Shown here: piece by piece, positions 39,898 through 51,531 of the stretch
Numbering within the stretch: position 1 is the stretch's first letter
Layout of the letters: each line of letters starts with the position of its first letter
NCBI GenBank assembly: GCA_963760795.1
Contig: CAVXEP010000012.1
Coordinates: forward strand, 224,001-288,000
Direction of reading: 5' to 3'
DNA length: 64,000 nt
Source of the DNA: an uncultured delta proteobacterium
GTDB lineage: Bacteria; Desulfobacterota; Binatia; UBA9968
Position numbers and translations under genes: made by a program
Notes under the pieces: generated by a model
Seen by the model: only the letters and a program-made list of their open reading frames with translations
The model's database searches: none
What the model was told of the DNA's origin: nothing

Positions 39898-41337
39898 TCA
39901 CCTGGGCGGCGGCGGATCGAACCAGCCGCCGTCGGGCGCAATCGACGCGCTCGCCTGGGCCGGCCCCCATGTGCCCGGCTCGTACTCGTAAACGGGAGCC
40001 GCATCGCCCAAGATTGGATCCACTATCCGCCATGCTTCTTCGACATAGTCCTGGCGCGCAAAGCGACCGGAATTACCCCGCATCGCGTCATACAACAGTT
40101 CCTCGTAAGCGCCCATCTCGGCGGGATCGGATTGCTGGCTGATCACGAGTTCGACCTGTTGGCCTTCGAGCGGCTCGCCGGCTTTCTTCACCAAAGCGCC
40201 GACCGCAATCATCAGATCGGGTGTCACGCGGAAACGAAAATAGTTGGCCGGAAGGGGAATCTCCGAGAAGACCGCCGGAGGCTGGCGCAGCTTGACGATG
40301 ACCTCGGTTGCCGTCACGGCAAGGCTCTTGCCGGCGCGGATGTAGAACGGCACACCCTTCCAGCGCCACGAGTTGATCTCAAGCCGCAACGCCACAAAGG
40401 TTTCCGTCTGAGAGTCGGCCTTGACGCCTCGCTCGTCGCGATAACCGCGAAACTGACCGCGCACCACGTCTTGCGGCCGGAGCGGGCGAATTCCTTTGAG
40501 CACCTTGGCTTTTTCGTCCCGCAACATCTCGACATCCACGCCGGGCGGAGGTTCCATGGCAACGTTGGTCAGCACTTGCAGCAGATGGTTTTGCACGACG
40601 TCGCGGAGCACCCCCGTGCGATCGTAAAAATTGCCGCGACCGTCGACACCGAAGTTTTCCGCCATCGTGATCTGCACGCTTTCGACGCACTGGCGATTCC
40701 ATAGAGGCTCGAGAAAGGAATTGGCGAAGCGGAAGAAGAGCAGATTTTGCACCGCGTTTTTGCCCAGATAGTGGTCGATACGAAAAACCTTTGCTTCCTC
40801 GAAGACCTCGTGCACCACCCGGTTCAGAGACTTCGCTGTCGCAAGATCTTGTCCGAAAGGTTTCTCGATGACGATGCGCGCGCCCTGGGCGCAACCCGAT
40901 TCGCCGAGTTGATGAATTACCGTCTCGAACAGGATGGGCGGAATGGCCAGATAGTGCAGCGGCTGCTTCGCGTCGCCCAGTTTCCGGCGCAACTCCTGAA
41001 AAGTCGCCGCCTCGCTATAGTCGCCGTCTACGTAGTCCATGAGGCCGCTCAAGCGGCCAAATGCGTCCGGGTCAAAACCGCCGTACCGTTCGACGCTGTC
41101 CCGCGCGCGTGCTCGAAGTTGGTCGAGCGTCCAGCCGGCTTTGGCGACGCCGATAACCGGGATGTCGAGATTGCCGCGTTTGGCCAGCGCTTGCAGGGCG
41201 GGAAATATCTTCTTATGGGCGAGATCCCCGGTAGCGCCAAAGAAAACCAGCGCGTCGGAAGAGCCAGCGCTTGGGGCAATGCCTTCTTTCATAGTTTCGA
41301 ATATCGTGTTCATGTCACTCAGCGCTTTCGCTACCAC
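39898..41337 (-). CDS. zwf: Glucose-6-phosphate 1-dehydrogenase
   Basis: [35 protein letters not shown]; start may be 41313 or 41292. Confidence 0.95.
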   Translation of the reverse strand: MVAKALSDMNTIFETMKEGIAPSAGSSDALVFFGATGDLAHKKIFPALQALAKRGNLDIPVIGVAKAGWTLDQLRARARDSVERYGGFDPDAFGRLSGLMDYVDGDYSEAATFQELRRKLGDAKQPLHYLAIPPILFETVIHQLGESGCAQGARIVIEKPFGQDLATAKSLNRVVHEVFEEAKVFRIDHYLGKNAVQNLLFFRFANSFLEPLWNRQCVESVQITMAENFGVDGRGNFYDRTGVLRDVVQNHLLQVLTNVAMEPPPGVDVEMLRDEKAKVLKGIRPLRPQDVVRGQFRGYRDERGVKADSQTETFVALRLEINSWRWKGVPFYIRAGKSLAVTATEVIVKLRQPPAVFSEIPLPANYFRFRVTPDLMIAVGALVKKAGEPLEGQQVELVISQQSDPAEMGAYEELLYDAMRGNSGRFARQDYVEEAWRIVDPILGDAAPVYEYEPGTWGPAQASASIAPDGGWFDPPPPR

Positions 41338-41682
41338 GCTTTTGTTTCATAAACCGCATGTCCTTCTTGCGAAAATTCGCATGTGTATGGGTGCTGTCAA
41401 TTTTTGCTTTGTCCGAATTGTCTCGAATTTCGAGCTTCGAGTTTCTAGTCTTGTCTGTGCTTCTCAGTCATTGGCGGCCCCTTCGACTTCGCTGCTACGT
41501 GGATGTCAAGGCACTAACAGACGAATGCTCTTAATTCTCCTATGACTTTACTTCCTCACCCACCCAAGAGAGACTCACTGCTATGCGTGACACGGCACAA
41601 AGCCGTCACACCTGTCGGCGAGCGTTGCCACGATTGATCACGCGGTAGCAGATCTCTCCAACGGATTCTCTCCCTGCCTGCT

Positions 41683-43233
41683 CTACAGCTGGTCTTCAAT
41701 CGGCAGCATGCCGATGAGGCCGATGGCGAACCGGTACATGAAACTTGTTTCCGGGTCTCTGTCGTACTGCACTTTTTCCGCGTTGTTTTCAGCGCTCCAG
41801 AGCAGATTCTCGTTGTTGTCGAGCGTGACGCGATAGGCGCTGCCGGGGGAGACCCCTTCATCCATCAACTCTCCCACCTGCCCGGCAATCTCCGGACTAT
41901 CGATGATCACACCGATCTCGGTGTTGAGGGCCGTCGATCGAGGGTCGAGATTGAAACTCCCGATGAACACGGACTTGCGGTCGAACACAAGGGACTTGGC
42001 ATGCAACGCAGCTTTCGATTGACCGGCCAAGGCCGACCAATCTCGTTTCATATTGCTATCCGGACGCAGCTCGTACAGCTCGACGCCGGCGTTGAGCAGT
42101 TTCTTGCGCGTATAGACATAGCCGGCCAGCGCCGGGAGCACGTCATGGGAGGCCGCGGAATTGGTCATCACACGCACCTTGACGCCTCGAGATGTGAGTT
42201 GTCGCACCCTCTCGATAGTCACGTCGCCCAATATGAAGTACGGCGACTCGATCAACAGTTCGCGCTCCACCTCACTGACCCGTTGGCGGAGTGCCAAAGC
42301 GATGATGTTGTCCGCATTGGCGTTGACCCTGGAGGGATGCTCGACGACAACTTTGCCGGGCGCCCAGATGAAATTGTCCCGGATCTTGACCAAGCGCGCG
42401 CGCAGATCGGCCAAATGTTCGTCGATCGGATAGGGATAGCCGGTGGCAGCGAGTTTTTCCGCTAGCCGTGTCCTAAATTTCGCCAATTCCCGTTCGGTGG
42501 CGTCCTCTTTCACGACCGCACCGACCGGTAGCGCCCACTCGCTGTTCCAGAACATATCGAAGCTCGTCGACAACTCGTTGACGATCGGACCGCTGTTCAT
42601 AACATCGAGATCGCGAAAGTTGTAATCCGCCTTTACGCCAAAATAGGTATCTGCGATGTTGCGCCCGCCGACAATTGCCACGGCATTGTCCATGACGAAC
42701 AGCTTGTTGTGCATCCGATGGTTGGCACGGCCAAACTCGGCCAAGAAGCTCATAACGCGCCAACGCCGGTTCCTGATCGGGTTGAAGAAACGAATCTCGA
42801 TGTTGGGATGGGCGTCGAGCGCGGCAATGTTGGCGTCTCTGGTTTCCGACATATAATGGTCGTCGATCAACAAGCGCACACGGACGCCGCGGTCCGCGGC
42901 ACGCAGCAGCCGGTCGGCTAAGATCAGCCCGGTGGTGTCGCTATCCCAGATGTAATATTGCCCGTCGAGCGTCTTTTCAGCTAAGTCGGCCATCCCCAAC
43001 CGAGCCATAAACGCCGTACTACCGTCGCGAATAAGAGAGAAGCCGGATAGTCCCGGATGTTTGTCGGCCGCTTCCTGAAACAACGCGCCGACGGTAGTGG
43101 TTTGCGGAGATGCGAAGGTATTCGACGGGGTGCGCGGATAATTCCAGTTGATCGCGGGAGCGCACGCGCTCACGAGCAAGGCAAATACGAGCATCGCCAA
43201 CATGCTTTTGTCCAACTGATATCTTGTCCTCAT
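41683..43233 (-). CDS. Phospholipase D family lipoprotein (ClsC/YmdC-like)
   Basis: VSAC lipobox; two HKD motifs, HNKLFVMD and HAKSLVFD; GSFNLDPRS. Confidence 0.9.
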   Translation of the reverse strand: MRTRYQLDKSMLAMLVFALLVSACAPAINWNYPRTPSNTFASPQTTTVGALFQEAADKHPGLSGFSLIRDGSTAFMARLGMADLAEKTLDGQYYIWDSDTTGLILADRLLRAADRGVRVRLLIDDHYMSETRDANIAALDAHPNIEIRFFNPIRNRRWRVMSFLAEFGRANHRMHNKLFVMDNAVAIVGGRNIADTYFGVKADYNFRDLDVMNSGPIVNELSTSFDMFWNSEWALPVGAVVKEDATERELAKFRTRLAEKLAATGYPYPIDEHLADLRARLVKIRDNFIWAPGKVVVEHPSRVNANADNIIALALRQRVSEVERELLIESPYFILGDVTIERVRQLTSRGVKVRVMTNSAASHDVLPALAGYVYTRKKLLNAGVELYELRPDSNMKRDWSALAGQSKAALHAKSLVFDRKSVFIGSFNLDPRSTALNTEIGVIIDSPEIAGQVGELMDEGVSPGSAYRVTLDNNENLLWSAENNAEKVQYDRDPETSFMYRFAIGLIGMLPIEDQL

Positions 43234-43619
43234 GTTTCACCTCGTCTAGTTTACTAAGGCACGGCGCACGAGATCGCAGAGCGATCTTTATCGCCTGCCC
43301 CTTCCGTTTAGTTTTATGATGGCGCCAGTTGGCGCCCGGAACATAAGTCCACCATTGGTAGCAGTCGTTGAGATTGACGTTGTTTGGGTTTTTGAAAAAC
43401 CACCGACGCAGGCACGAGCATTTCCGGTTTGGCGGTGGGATAATCGTTGGGATTCGGCGTGCGTTCGGCGTGCGTGACGTGCTTGGCCGCTTCGACGAAG
43501 GGCAGACGGAGCGTTTGGCGCAGATTCTGATATCGTGCTCATGTCAGTCATCGCTTTCCTTGCCTCCATACAACTTTCACTAAGCTGTTCCGGGTCGCTC
43601 TTTCACAAAGGCTTGATCA

Positions 43620-44701
43620 TTAACCGGCCGGGATCGTTATGACAGGTGCGCCTTGTCTATCACCCGAGTCGGTGAGCGTGAAGAGAAACATGATAAAAGA
43701 AAACAATCTCTTAGAGGCGAAGTCTTTGTCGTCGATCCAGTACCAGTCTTGACCATACGGCACGGCAGCAAAGGCGTCGTCGGGTTTTTGCGATGAGCTG
43801 AGAATCCGTATAAGTGCCGGCACGGGAGCACCGTTTACTATCTCCGGCGCAGGGGTGGGAAACGTGCGCTTTTGCTCCACCTTGGCGGCCGGTACATCAA
43901 TGTAAGAAGAGAGATCGGTAATGATTTCAAGCACGGAACGGGTCAGCAGGGCGATCTCTTTGTCATTGGCGGGCACCGAGCCGTAGACCACGTCAAACTC
44001 TTCGGTCCGCGGATCGACACCGAGGAGTTTGCGTACTTCATCGCGGTCCGTCGCTATCGCTGGGTCTAACTTCTTACTAAATACGATTGCCGTCGCCGAC
44101 TGGGCGCCGGTTTTTTTCACCCGCAGGCCGATTTGTCCGGATTGCTGAATGTTGCGCAGCTTCTCGACAAGCGGAAAAAACTCCGGATCGGCCTCGCGCG
44201 CCCGTGCACCATAGCCGTAGCGGCTATGAATGCCATTGATGGCATGCACGGTGAGCCGCAGCACCACATCGACCGGATAGCCGGCCTGGAGAAAATTTAG
44301 AATCGCCGCGGGCGGGATCGGCGTCATGAGACTGCGGGCGAACTTGTCCCCGCTAAGCGGCGAGTAAGTGACGGTCGGCCTTTCTCCAAAAGTCCCCGCG
44401 GCCGAAACACCGACGGATGAAGTAAAGGGAAGTTGCAAGAGATTTTGCCACCAGGAACCCGAAACTGCCGACGTGTGCCCTGGTAGCCGGTCTGGGTGAT
44501 CACCGAAGTGACATCGAGAAAGACCGGCGCATCCGCGTAGCGCAGTTTGACCACATTGAGCAGCATCTGTGCCTTCCAGGAATCGGAGATTGCCGAAATG
44601 TAATCAAAGCGATCTCGCGCCACGGTACGGGGTCCGATACTGCTGCAACCGCTCAGTCCAGCCAAAATTAGAACTACAACTGGGAACATTTTCCACCGCA
44701 T
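43620..44701 (-). CDS. Conserved hypothetical lipoprotein, frameshifted near 44460-44480
   Basis: LSGC lipobox and QMLLNVVKLRY in ORF 44324-44701; continues as PTVTYSPL...APVITIP in ORF 43620-44438. Confidence 0.65.
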
Positions 44702-44716
44702 GTTTCTCTCCTCACG

Positions 44717-45773
44717 TCAGTTTTGCAACGACTGTCGCGTCCAGATGCGACCATCGAGCCAGTAGTGGCAGAAGAGACCGCCCGTTCCAAGCGGCGCCAG
44801 CCATGCAAGGTCAAACCAGCCGCCGGCGCAGGCTCCGACGAAACCGATAACAGGCCAAACAGCAAAAGTGGCCGCGTGTCTTAATTCGGTTTGAAAGCGG
44901 CGCCGCGTTTCAATTGACTGCACGCCGGACCTGTTTACCGCGGACTCCATGCCTGTCCGGCTTCTATCATAAAACCCGTCTGGGCGACTCATGGCGTACG
45001 TGAAATAGAGATATTGCACTTCGTGATGCACGGCGAGAACCAATAAAAATGAAACATTGGACGCGCCGAGCACGTAGCCGCTGCCGAAGGCGACGCCATG
45101 GGCGAGCACCACCCACCACTCGCCTGGATGGATGCCGATCTCAGTTTTGCCGGGCGTTAACGTCACTCTGTCGACGCGGCTCTCTCGCAGCGTCCAGACA
45201 AAATAGGCGATTACCCAGAGCAGCGCGCCCAGGCCTACGGTCCAAGCTATTTCTGCTCCGACGCTCAGGGCGACATAGGGTTGGCCTTCGTATTCTTCAG
45301 GCGCGAGATGCGTGTATGCGAGCACAGCCGCCAGCATGGGCAGATAGATGGCGCCGCGGAACAAAACTTCATGGGTCCGCGACACCGGCCCGCCCATGCC
45401 GCGCTGGTAAAAGCGCGCCACTCCCAGACTCTGGCGGCCGCGGTGCCAGACGGCAGCGTACATAGCGATCGATGTGAGTCAAGATCGTTTGCCCGCCCAG
45501 CGAAAGAGCGTAGGTCGTTAGCAGAATGATCAGAGGGATCAGAACGACATCAACTTGACGATGACGCCACAGCCGCCGCCGTAACACGGCATCGTAGGTT
45601 GCTCCCAGATGGAATTCCGATAAGACGAAGTCAATGGCATCGATTTCTCGGTCGCCGCGCAGAAATATCAGAAGCATCGCCGCCAGCAGCCCGATCGAAG
45701 CTCCGCCGCAGGCCAGCCAGAAATCCGCGCGGCGAGAAAAAAGCCAGAGGGACCGTTCGGATGTGGCTTTCAT
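44717..45773 (-). CDS. Hypothetical polytopic membrane protein with His motifs, frameshifted near 45475
   Basis: Two overlapping hydrophobic ORFs with FHLGATY, WHRGRQSLG, VHHEVQY and CHYWLDGRIW. Confidence 0.6.
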
Positions 45774-46184
45774 GGTCTTGCGTTGTTCCTCGCTCACTTC
45801 ACCAAACGCTGGGGCGCGCGCTGTCACAGCTTTGGCTCTCTCTTCATCTCGGACCCTCACAAACAGTCTCACACCAGAGTTCGTCTGAGCGCTCGAAGCT
45901 GGCGGATAGAGCGGATCAGCGGCGCCTGCCGCCAGCGGTTCTGGGCATGTTCCAGACATGTTCCGGATAGAACCATGCCGCAGAGAAAGAAGGCGACGCT
46001 CGTGATCTTGACGGTGCCAGAAGCGTAGTGGGCTTTTCAATGCCCTTCGGCATCACCTTCGAGGCTGACAAATTGCGCCCATATCCAATCGCCCGTCTCG
46101 GTCAGGACGCGAAGACCGCTAACTCGCCGCGTTTCGGGAAGCTGCGCGCGCCGCCTGAAACTACCGCGCGCGCTGAAGCACCGT

Positions 46185-46206
46185 CTATTGGACTTTAGGG
46201 CAATAC
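46185..46206 (-). promoter_or_regulatory. Palindromic activator-like site, copy 2
   Basis: CTATTGGACTTTAGGGCAATAC; TAGTTT lies 21 nt downstream on the minus strand. Confidence 0.6.
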
Positions 46207-46490
46207 GAAAAGTGGCAGTGTCTGTAGTAATCGGAGCATAGGGCGTTTTCAATCATAAGCGGTTTTGTTTGCAGACGATGAATCCCTACACCGCGCAGTT
46301 TCGTATCGGACTGTTCCCATTCACAGCGTTCTCGGCTCTAGTGCGGCGACAAGTTCCTTTGAACCTGCTCCCCACTGAGAGATCGACTTGATCGCCTGTG
46401 TAAAGGGAACATTCAGAGGATGCACCCGTTCCCGGCTAAGAATATAGACGGCGGTTCCGCCACCAGATCGAACACTCGCAACGGGCTTCG

Positions 46491-47793
46491 TCAGGATGGT
46501 TTCGTTCCAGCTTCGCTAACCTGCTGCGCAGTGGAAGATTCGCGCGGCTCGCTGCTCCAGCTCGCCGTGTCCGCGCCCATCTTTTCGCCAAGATCCGCGA
46601 GATTGTTCATGGTCTCTTTATGGAAAGGTGTCGGCGCGGGTGGAATCCAGTCTTCGGGAATTGACACGATACGCACCTCCACATCGGCTTTCCGCTTGAG
46701 CCGTGAGATCTCGGCCATCGCGAAGAGATGCCGCACCGCGGTCGCCGTAGCCGCGCGCGTGGATGTCTCCAGGCTGCGTTGAACGACTGCCGGCCAGTTA
46801 GGCGCCACCGGTTTAGGCACCGGACGGAACTGGTTGTTGAAAATCACCCAGAAGCGAAACTTAGGAGCGCGGTGGTTCGGATAAGCTTCCTGCCATAGGG
46901 CCGGCAGGTTGTCCTCTTCCGCTATTCTACCGCCGTAGATGATGTTTCCGGTCACCCCACCGTCGACGTAGAGCTCTCCGTCGATCATGCGGAACGGAAA
47001 CGCGCCGGGAATCCCCGCCGAGGCGAGGATAATGTTGTGAACGCGCTCAAGGTCTGCCGAATCGACAGCCCGCTGCGCTTCCGCCACCAGGTCGAACACC
47101 CGCGGCTGTCCTATGTCAAGCTGCGGTCGTGTTGACTAACAAAAGACGGCCGTCGGCGCCCGCTCTCGTGATCCGGCCAAGCATGTCCATGGTGATGTGC
47201 TGGCGTATCTCCCGCTCCAGTCCAGGTACCTCGGCGAACGAAATGTTGTCCGGCAAGAAATAAAGGTATCCGCGCTGCTTCACCCAGTCCTTCTTCGGGT
47301 TGCGATACATGTTTAGGATCTGCTCGATCGACTGTTCGTCGCCCAAAAATGCGAACGGAGCGATCAGCGTTCCCGTGCTTACGCCAGTCACGGCGTCGAA
47401 TTCCGGCTTGGCCAGCGGATGAGACACTGGCACCTTCTGCCAACCTTTGAGAAATCCCGCGCCGAAGGCTCCCCAGTCGCCCCCACCTGAGATCACCAGG
47501 ATGTCGACCGCCGGTGGTTCTTTCCGCCCGTCGGCGGCATAATGGTCGTACTTGGCCTTGATGCGTTTAACCAGGCGGCCAAGCAACTCGCGGGCTACTT
47601 CGGATTGCTCATCTGCCGTGGTGCGCCGTTTAAGGAGATCCGGCGCCGCAACTTGCGGGCGTTTTAGCCAGGCGCCATAGCCCCACAGTGGCCGTCCGCT
47701 GATTGCTCCCACCAATGAGAGCAAGCGCCGTGTGGCCACCGCTGCGCCAAGCACGACACCCGTGGCAAGGATTAAAGATGTTCTCACTCGCAT
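46491..47793 (-). CDS. Patatin-like phospholipase, frameshifted near 47110
   Basis: SGGGDWGAFGAG and GVSTG in ORF 47116-; ASAGIPGAF and YVDGG in ORF 46491-47099. Confidence 0.8.
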
Positions 47794-48256
47794 AGGCTCC
47801 TCCGAGCAGGATAGATTAGCGCGCGCCGCAGAACCGTCTATACCAGATCTCACCGCCTGGAATTTTATCCCAGAACGCCTCGTCGACTTTCTTCCACGTC
47901 GGACTTTGCCGCACTCCCCGATAGCGGGCCAGCGCTCCGGCGAACAGTCGCAGAGTTTGTAGACGAAAGTAATACGGGCGTCAAGCACTCGCCTTCTTGT
48001 GCGGGCTTCGGATGGAACGCCTTGCAGTTCTATCTCGACGCCCCCGCTCTTGCGCGCTAACGTCGAATCTATCGCAGGTTGCGGAAAAACTCACGCACGC
48101 TTTACTTCTTGGTTATTTTGTATTCACGGCTGTCGAGAAAATTGAAAGTCTGAATAACCTGATTGGTCGGCTCATAACCGCGGTAAAGAAAATAGGTTTG
48201 AATGATGGAGCGCTTCCATTTGGCGTGTCGGTCGCCAACCACTGGGATTTTGCTCG

Positions 48257-48436
48257 CTAGAGATTCTTCGCCGAGCCACAGGTAGGTCCATCCTGCGAGA
48301 AGGCACCGATGATTGGCGCCAGCCAAAAGAGCCAGAGTTGGGAAAGCGCCCAACCTCCGACAAAGATCGCTGGACCCGTGCTTCTGGCCGGATTGACCGA
48401 GGTGTTGGTTACGGGAATGCTGATCAAATGAGGGTC
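48257..48436 (-). pseudogene. Partial duplicate of the aqpZ 3' end
   Basis: Near-identical to about 50275-50460 ([20 protein letters not shown]...), with a frameshift; most of the gene is deleted. Confidence 0.8.
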
Positions 48437-48762
48437 AAAATGAACTACCTGTATTTCGCCGAGCTCATTGTTGTTCCCCTATTCCGTTCTCGCGCCATGC
48501 GCGGCAAACTTCCGTAAGAGAGCAAAACTCCAGAGCTTTTTCGACAGTACCTAATCCGCCGAGGATCGATCTAGTGGATCTAAGGTCCAATAGATACAGC
48601 GCCATTAAGGAGTCGAAGCGGACCCTTAAAGCTAATGCAGTCCGATGTTGAAGCAGAAAAGAAGATATTCAGCAGGCGGGAAACAAGTCTTACAGGCCAT
48701 CCATGCGCGCATTGTTCGGGATCCCGTGATCGAGCACCCCGCGGCAACGGGCGAATCATGCA
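48437..48762 (+). repeat. Direct duplicate of the aqpZ upstream region (about 51130-51460)
   Basis: Long shared blocks such as CGCCGAGCTCATTGTTGTTCCCCTATTCC and GTCCGATGTTGAAGCAGAAAAGAAGATATTCAGCAGGC. Confidence 0.9.
48571..48593 (-). promoter_or_regulatory. Palindromic activator-like site, copy 3 (inside the duplication)
   Basis: CTAGTGGATCTAAGGTCCAATAG; TACTGT lies 21 nt downstream on the minus strand. Confidence 0.5.
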
Positions 48763-48981
48763 ACTGTGCCGGTGGGCAAGCCTCATTGAGCCTGTTTTCC
48801 CGGTTCAGAGTTCAGTAGCTCTTTGAGTGCGCAGGCCCCGCGACTTATGGCAATGTGGTAATTGATGAACCCCTGCAATTTGCTGCAGCTATACCCTTTC
48901 ATTCCAGGTCAACGGCATTTGTCAGGTCCTGCAGGACGGCGAATCGCTCCTTAGTTCGGAGCGATCCGCCCCTGCACCTCG

Positions 48982-49844
48982 CTACTTACTCGTACCCTTG
49001 TTGACCAGAACGCGGACGTCAACCCGGTTTTCCGCCTCTTTACCTGTTACCGTCGTCGCTCCGCCATAGCCCATAGGTATCGACATGCGACGTAGCGGAA
49101 TGTTGTGCTTCGTCGCTAGGTACTGCAGGACTGCCTCAGAGCGGTCCAGGCTCAGGTCGAGAACCTTTGAAGCCTGGTCACATCGGAGTAGCCTTTAACT
49201 TCTACCAGATAATTCTTCGCGCCCGGCGCCTTCGAAGCGAGATCATCCAGTTGCGCTTTCCCCTTATCCGAGAGCGTAGCGCTGTTCTCGGCGAAAGGCA
49301 CCGTCACAACCTTAACCAGCTCATATTGATCGATCGCATCAATTCGCTTGTTGGCGTCGACAACTTCCTTGCTCGTCTGGGCAAGTTTTTGTTCGGTCTC
49401 TGAGAGCTTCTTATTTATCGGAGCCGTTTGAGCGTACGCGGTTATCGCCTGCTTGAGGTCAGCTTCGGTGAACTCAATCTCCTCGGCCACCAGACGACCC
49501 CCAGCACCCTTGCCCTCGACCTCAAGGATTAGCCCGGGAATGAGCACGGTTGCATCCATTCGCTTGTCTCGTTTAAGTAGCCCCTTACGCTCAACCTTTA
49601 TTTCGCTTTTGTCGGTTATCGCAACCAGCGTATCGGTGCGCGCTATGTCGCGTAACACAAATAGCTCACCATCACGATTGAGGATAACGCCTTTAATTTC
49701 GAGCTTCTCGCCTTCCTTGATCTCGCGCTTCTTGCCCGGCTGGAATTGACTGTGGCCGCTGTCCGGAAGCAACACTCCCATAGTCATAATCAGACTCAAG
49801 CTGATCGCGAAAACCGTAATTCTCATTGCATCTCGATTTTGCAT
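48982..49844 (-). CDS. OmpA-family peptidoglycan-binding protein with N-terminal DUF5666-like domain, frameshifted near 49170
   Basis: Signal peptide; VPFAENSATLS...VEVKGYSD, then in another frame LSLDRSEAVLQYL...GYG...NRVDVRVLVNKG-stop 48982. Confidence 0.75.
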
Positions 49845-50234
49845 ACTTTGTCTCCTTATTTTTGGTTACAACCTGTTACACGTCTACACCAAGCGCATCG
49901 AGGCGGCCGGGTTTAGTCCTTTACATGTCATCACCTCCTCCAATCTTGCGTCGGCGCGGGAGCCCGTCATCAGCAGGAAATCCCATTACCGCCCGTCAAA
50001 GGCTTGCTCATTCGCTAGCTGCTTTGGAGTCCATAGCACGTCGAGCCGCCTTTTGGGGATCAGGAGTTTCCTGATTTTGCGCGTCGGAATCCCTTAGGTG
50101 CGATCTGAAGCCCCACGCATCGAACCGTGCTCCAGTCGGCGCCGTTTTATTTGGCGGGTTCACTTCGGCGATCTGTGTCATTGCCAATCAACAACTGGAT
50201 GTCACTTCTCGATAGACTCTGTTTCGCAGATGTC

Positions 50235-50975
50235 TTAACGCCGTGGTGGGTCGCCCTCTATTGGAACTCTCGTTGCGGGCTCTTCTTCGCTGAGCCACAG
50301 GTAAGTCCATCCGGCAATGACGGCACCGATTATTGGTGCGACCCAGAAGAGCCAAAGTTGCGAGAGCGCCCAACCCCCAACGAAAACTGCTGGACCCGTG
50401 CTTCTGGCTGGATTGACCGAGGTATTGGTTACCGGGATGCTGACCAAATGAATTAGGGTTAAGGCGAGGCCAATAGCGATACCAGCAAACTCCTCAGGCG
50501 CGCGTCCGTGCGTAGCACCCAAGATAACGATAAGAAACATGTAGGTCATCACAATCTCGCACACGAATGAGGCAACGAGAGAGTAGCCACCTGGCGAATG
50601 AGCTTCATAGCCATTCGCAGCAAATCCGCTTTGAACGACATCAAATCCCGCTTTGCCGGTCGCGATAATATAGAGCACAAACGCGCCGGCGATCGCGCCA
50701 AGCACTTGCGCTACGATGTAAGGAATTAAATCCGAAGCGGGAAAGCGTTTACCGGCCCACAAACCGAAGGAAACCGCCGGATTAAGATGACAACCCGAGA
50801 TGTGGCCGACAGCGTAGGCCATACTCAAAACGGTTAGACCGAACGCTAAAGAAACTCCGTAAAATCCGATCCCGAGATTAGGAAACGCCGCTGCCAATAC
50901 CGCGCTTCCACACCCTCCTAAAACCAGCCATAAGGTTCCAATAAACTCTGCAACCAGCCGCTTCGATAACTTCAT
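50235..50975 (-). CDS. aqpZ: Aquaporin Z
   Basis: [24 protein letters not shown]; AGGAG RBS. Confidence 0.95.
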   Translation of the reverse strand: MKLSKRLVAEFIGTLWLVLGGCGSAVLAAAFPNLGIGFYGVSLAFGLTVLSMAYAVGHISGCHLNPAVSFGLWAGKRFPASDLIPYIVAQVLGAIAGAFVLYIIATGKAGFDVVQSGFAANGYEAHSPGGYSLVASFVCEIVMTYMFLIVILGATHGRAPEEFAGIAIGLALTLIHLVSIPVTNTSVNPARSTGPAVFVGGWALSQLWLFWVAPIIGAVIAGWTYLWLSEEEPATRVPIEGDPPRR

Positions 50976-51265
50976 GACTGACTCCTTTCGAAAAATTTCT
51001 CACAGGTTGAGGTTCTGCCTTCGCGTTAGGCGCACGATCCATGGCCCGGCGTATCTTGAAGTTGCGCTCTCGCGCTCTCGCTCGCGGTGTTTGAAGCAGG
51101 GGTCAGAAAAAGCCCGATACACCAACCGCAAAAATGAAGTACCGGTAGTTCGCCGAGCTCATTGTTGTTCCCCTATTCCCTTCTCGCGCCATGCCCGGCA
51201 AACTTCCGTAATAGAGCAAAACTCCAGAGATTTTTTCGACAATAGCTAAATCCCCCGAGGATCGT

Positions 51266-51287
51266 CTATTGGACCTTAGTCCAATAG
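51266..51287 (-). promoter_or_regulatory. Palindromic activator-like site, copy 4
   Basis: Perfect arms CTATTGGAC-CTTA-GTCCAATAG; TATTGT lies 21 nt downstream on the minus strand. Confidence 0.65.
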
Positions 51288-51531
51288 ATACAGCACCGTT
51301 AAGGAGTCGAAGATCGCACCCTTAAAGCTAATGTAGTCCGATGTTGAAGCAGAAAAGAAGATATTCAGCAGGCAGGAAACCAGCCTTACAGGCTATCCGT
51401 GCTCGCAGCGCGCTCGGGGTTCGTGATCGAGCGCCATGAGGCTAGGGCCGGAATCATGCAATTGAGCCCTACATGCAGCATGGTCCGGACAATCATCTCA
51501 GGCCTTGAGGGTACCGGCTCAAGACGACAGA

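Noticed and set aside
43288-43569. 93-aa minus-strand ORF between the lipoprotein and PLD genes
   Set aside because: Low-complexity, motif-free translation; may be a frameshifted small gene but is not supportable.
46303-46322. GTATCGGACTGTTCCCATTC as a seventh palindrome copy
   Set aside because: Only a weak half-site, with no well-placed -10 hexamer.
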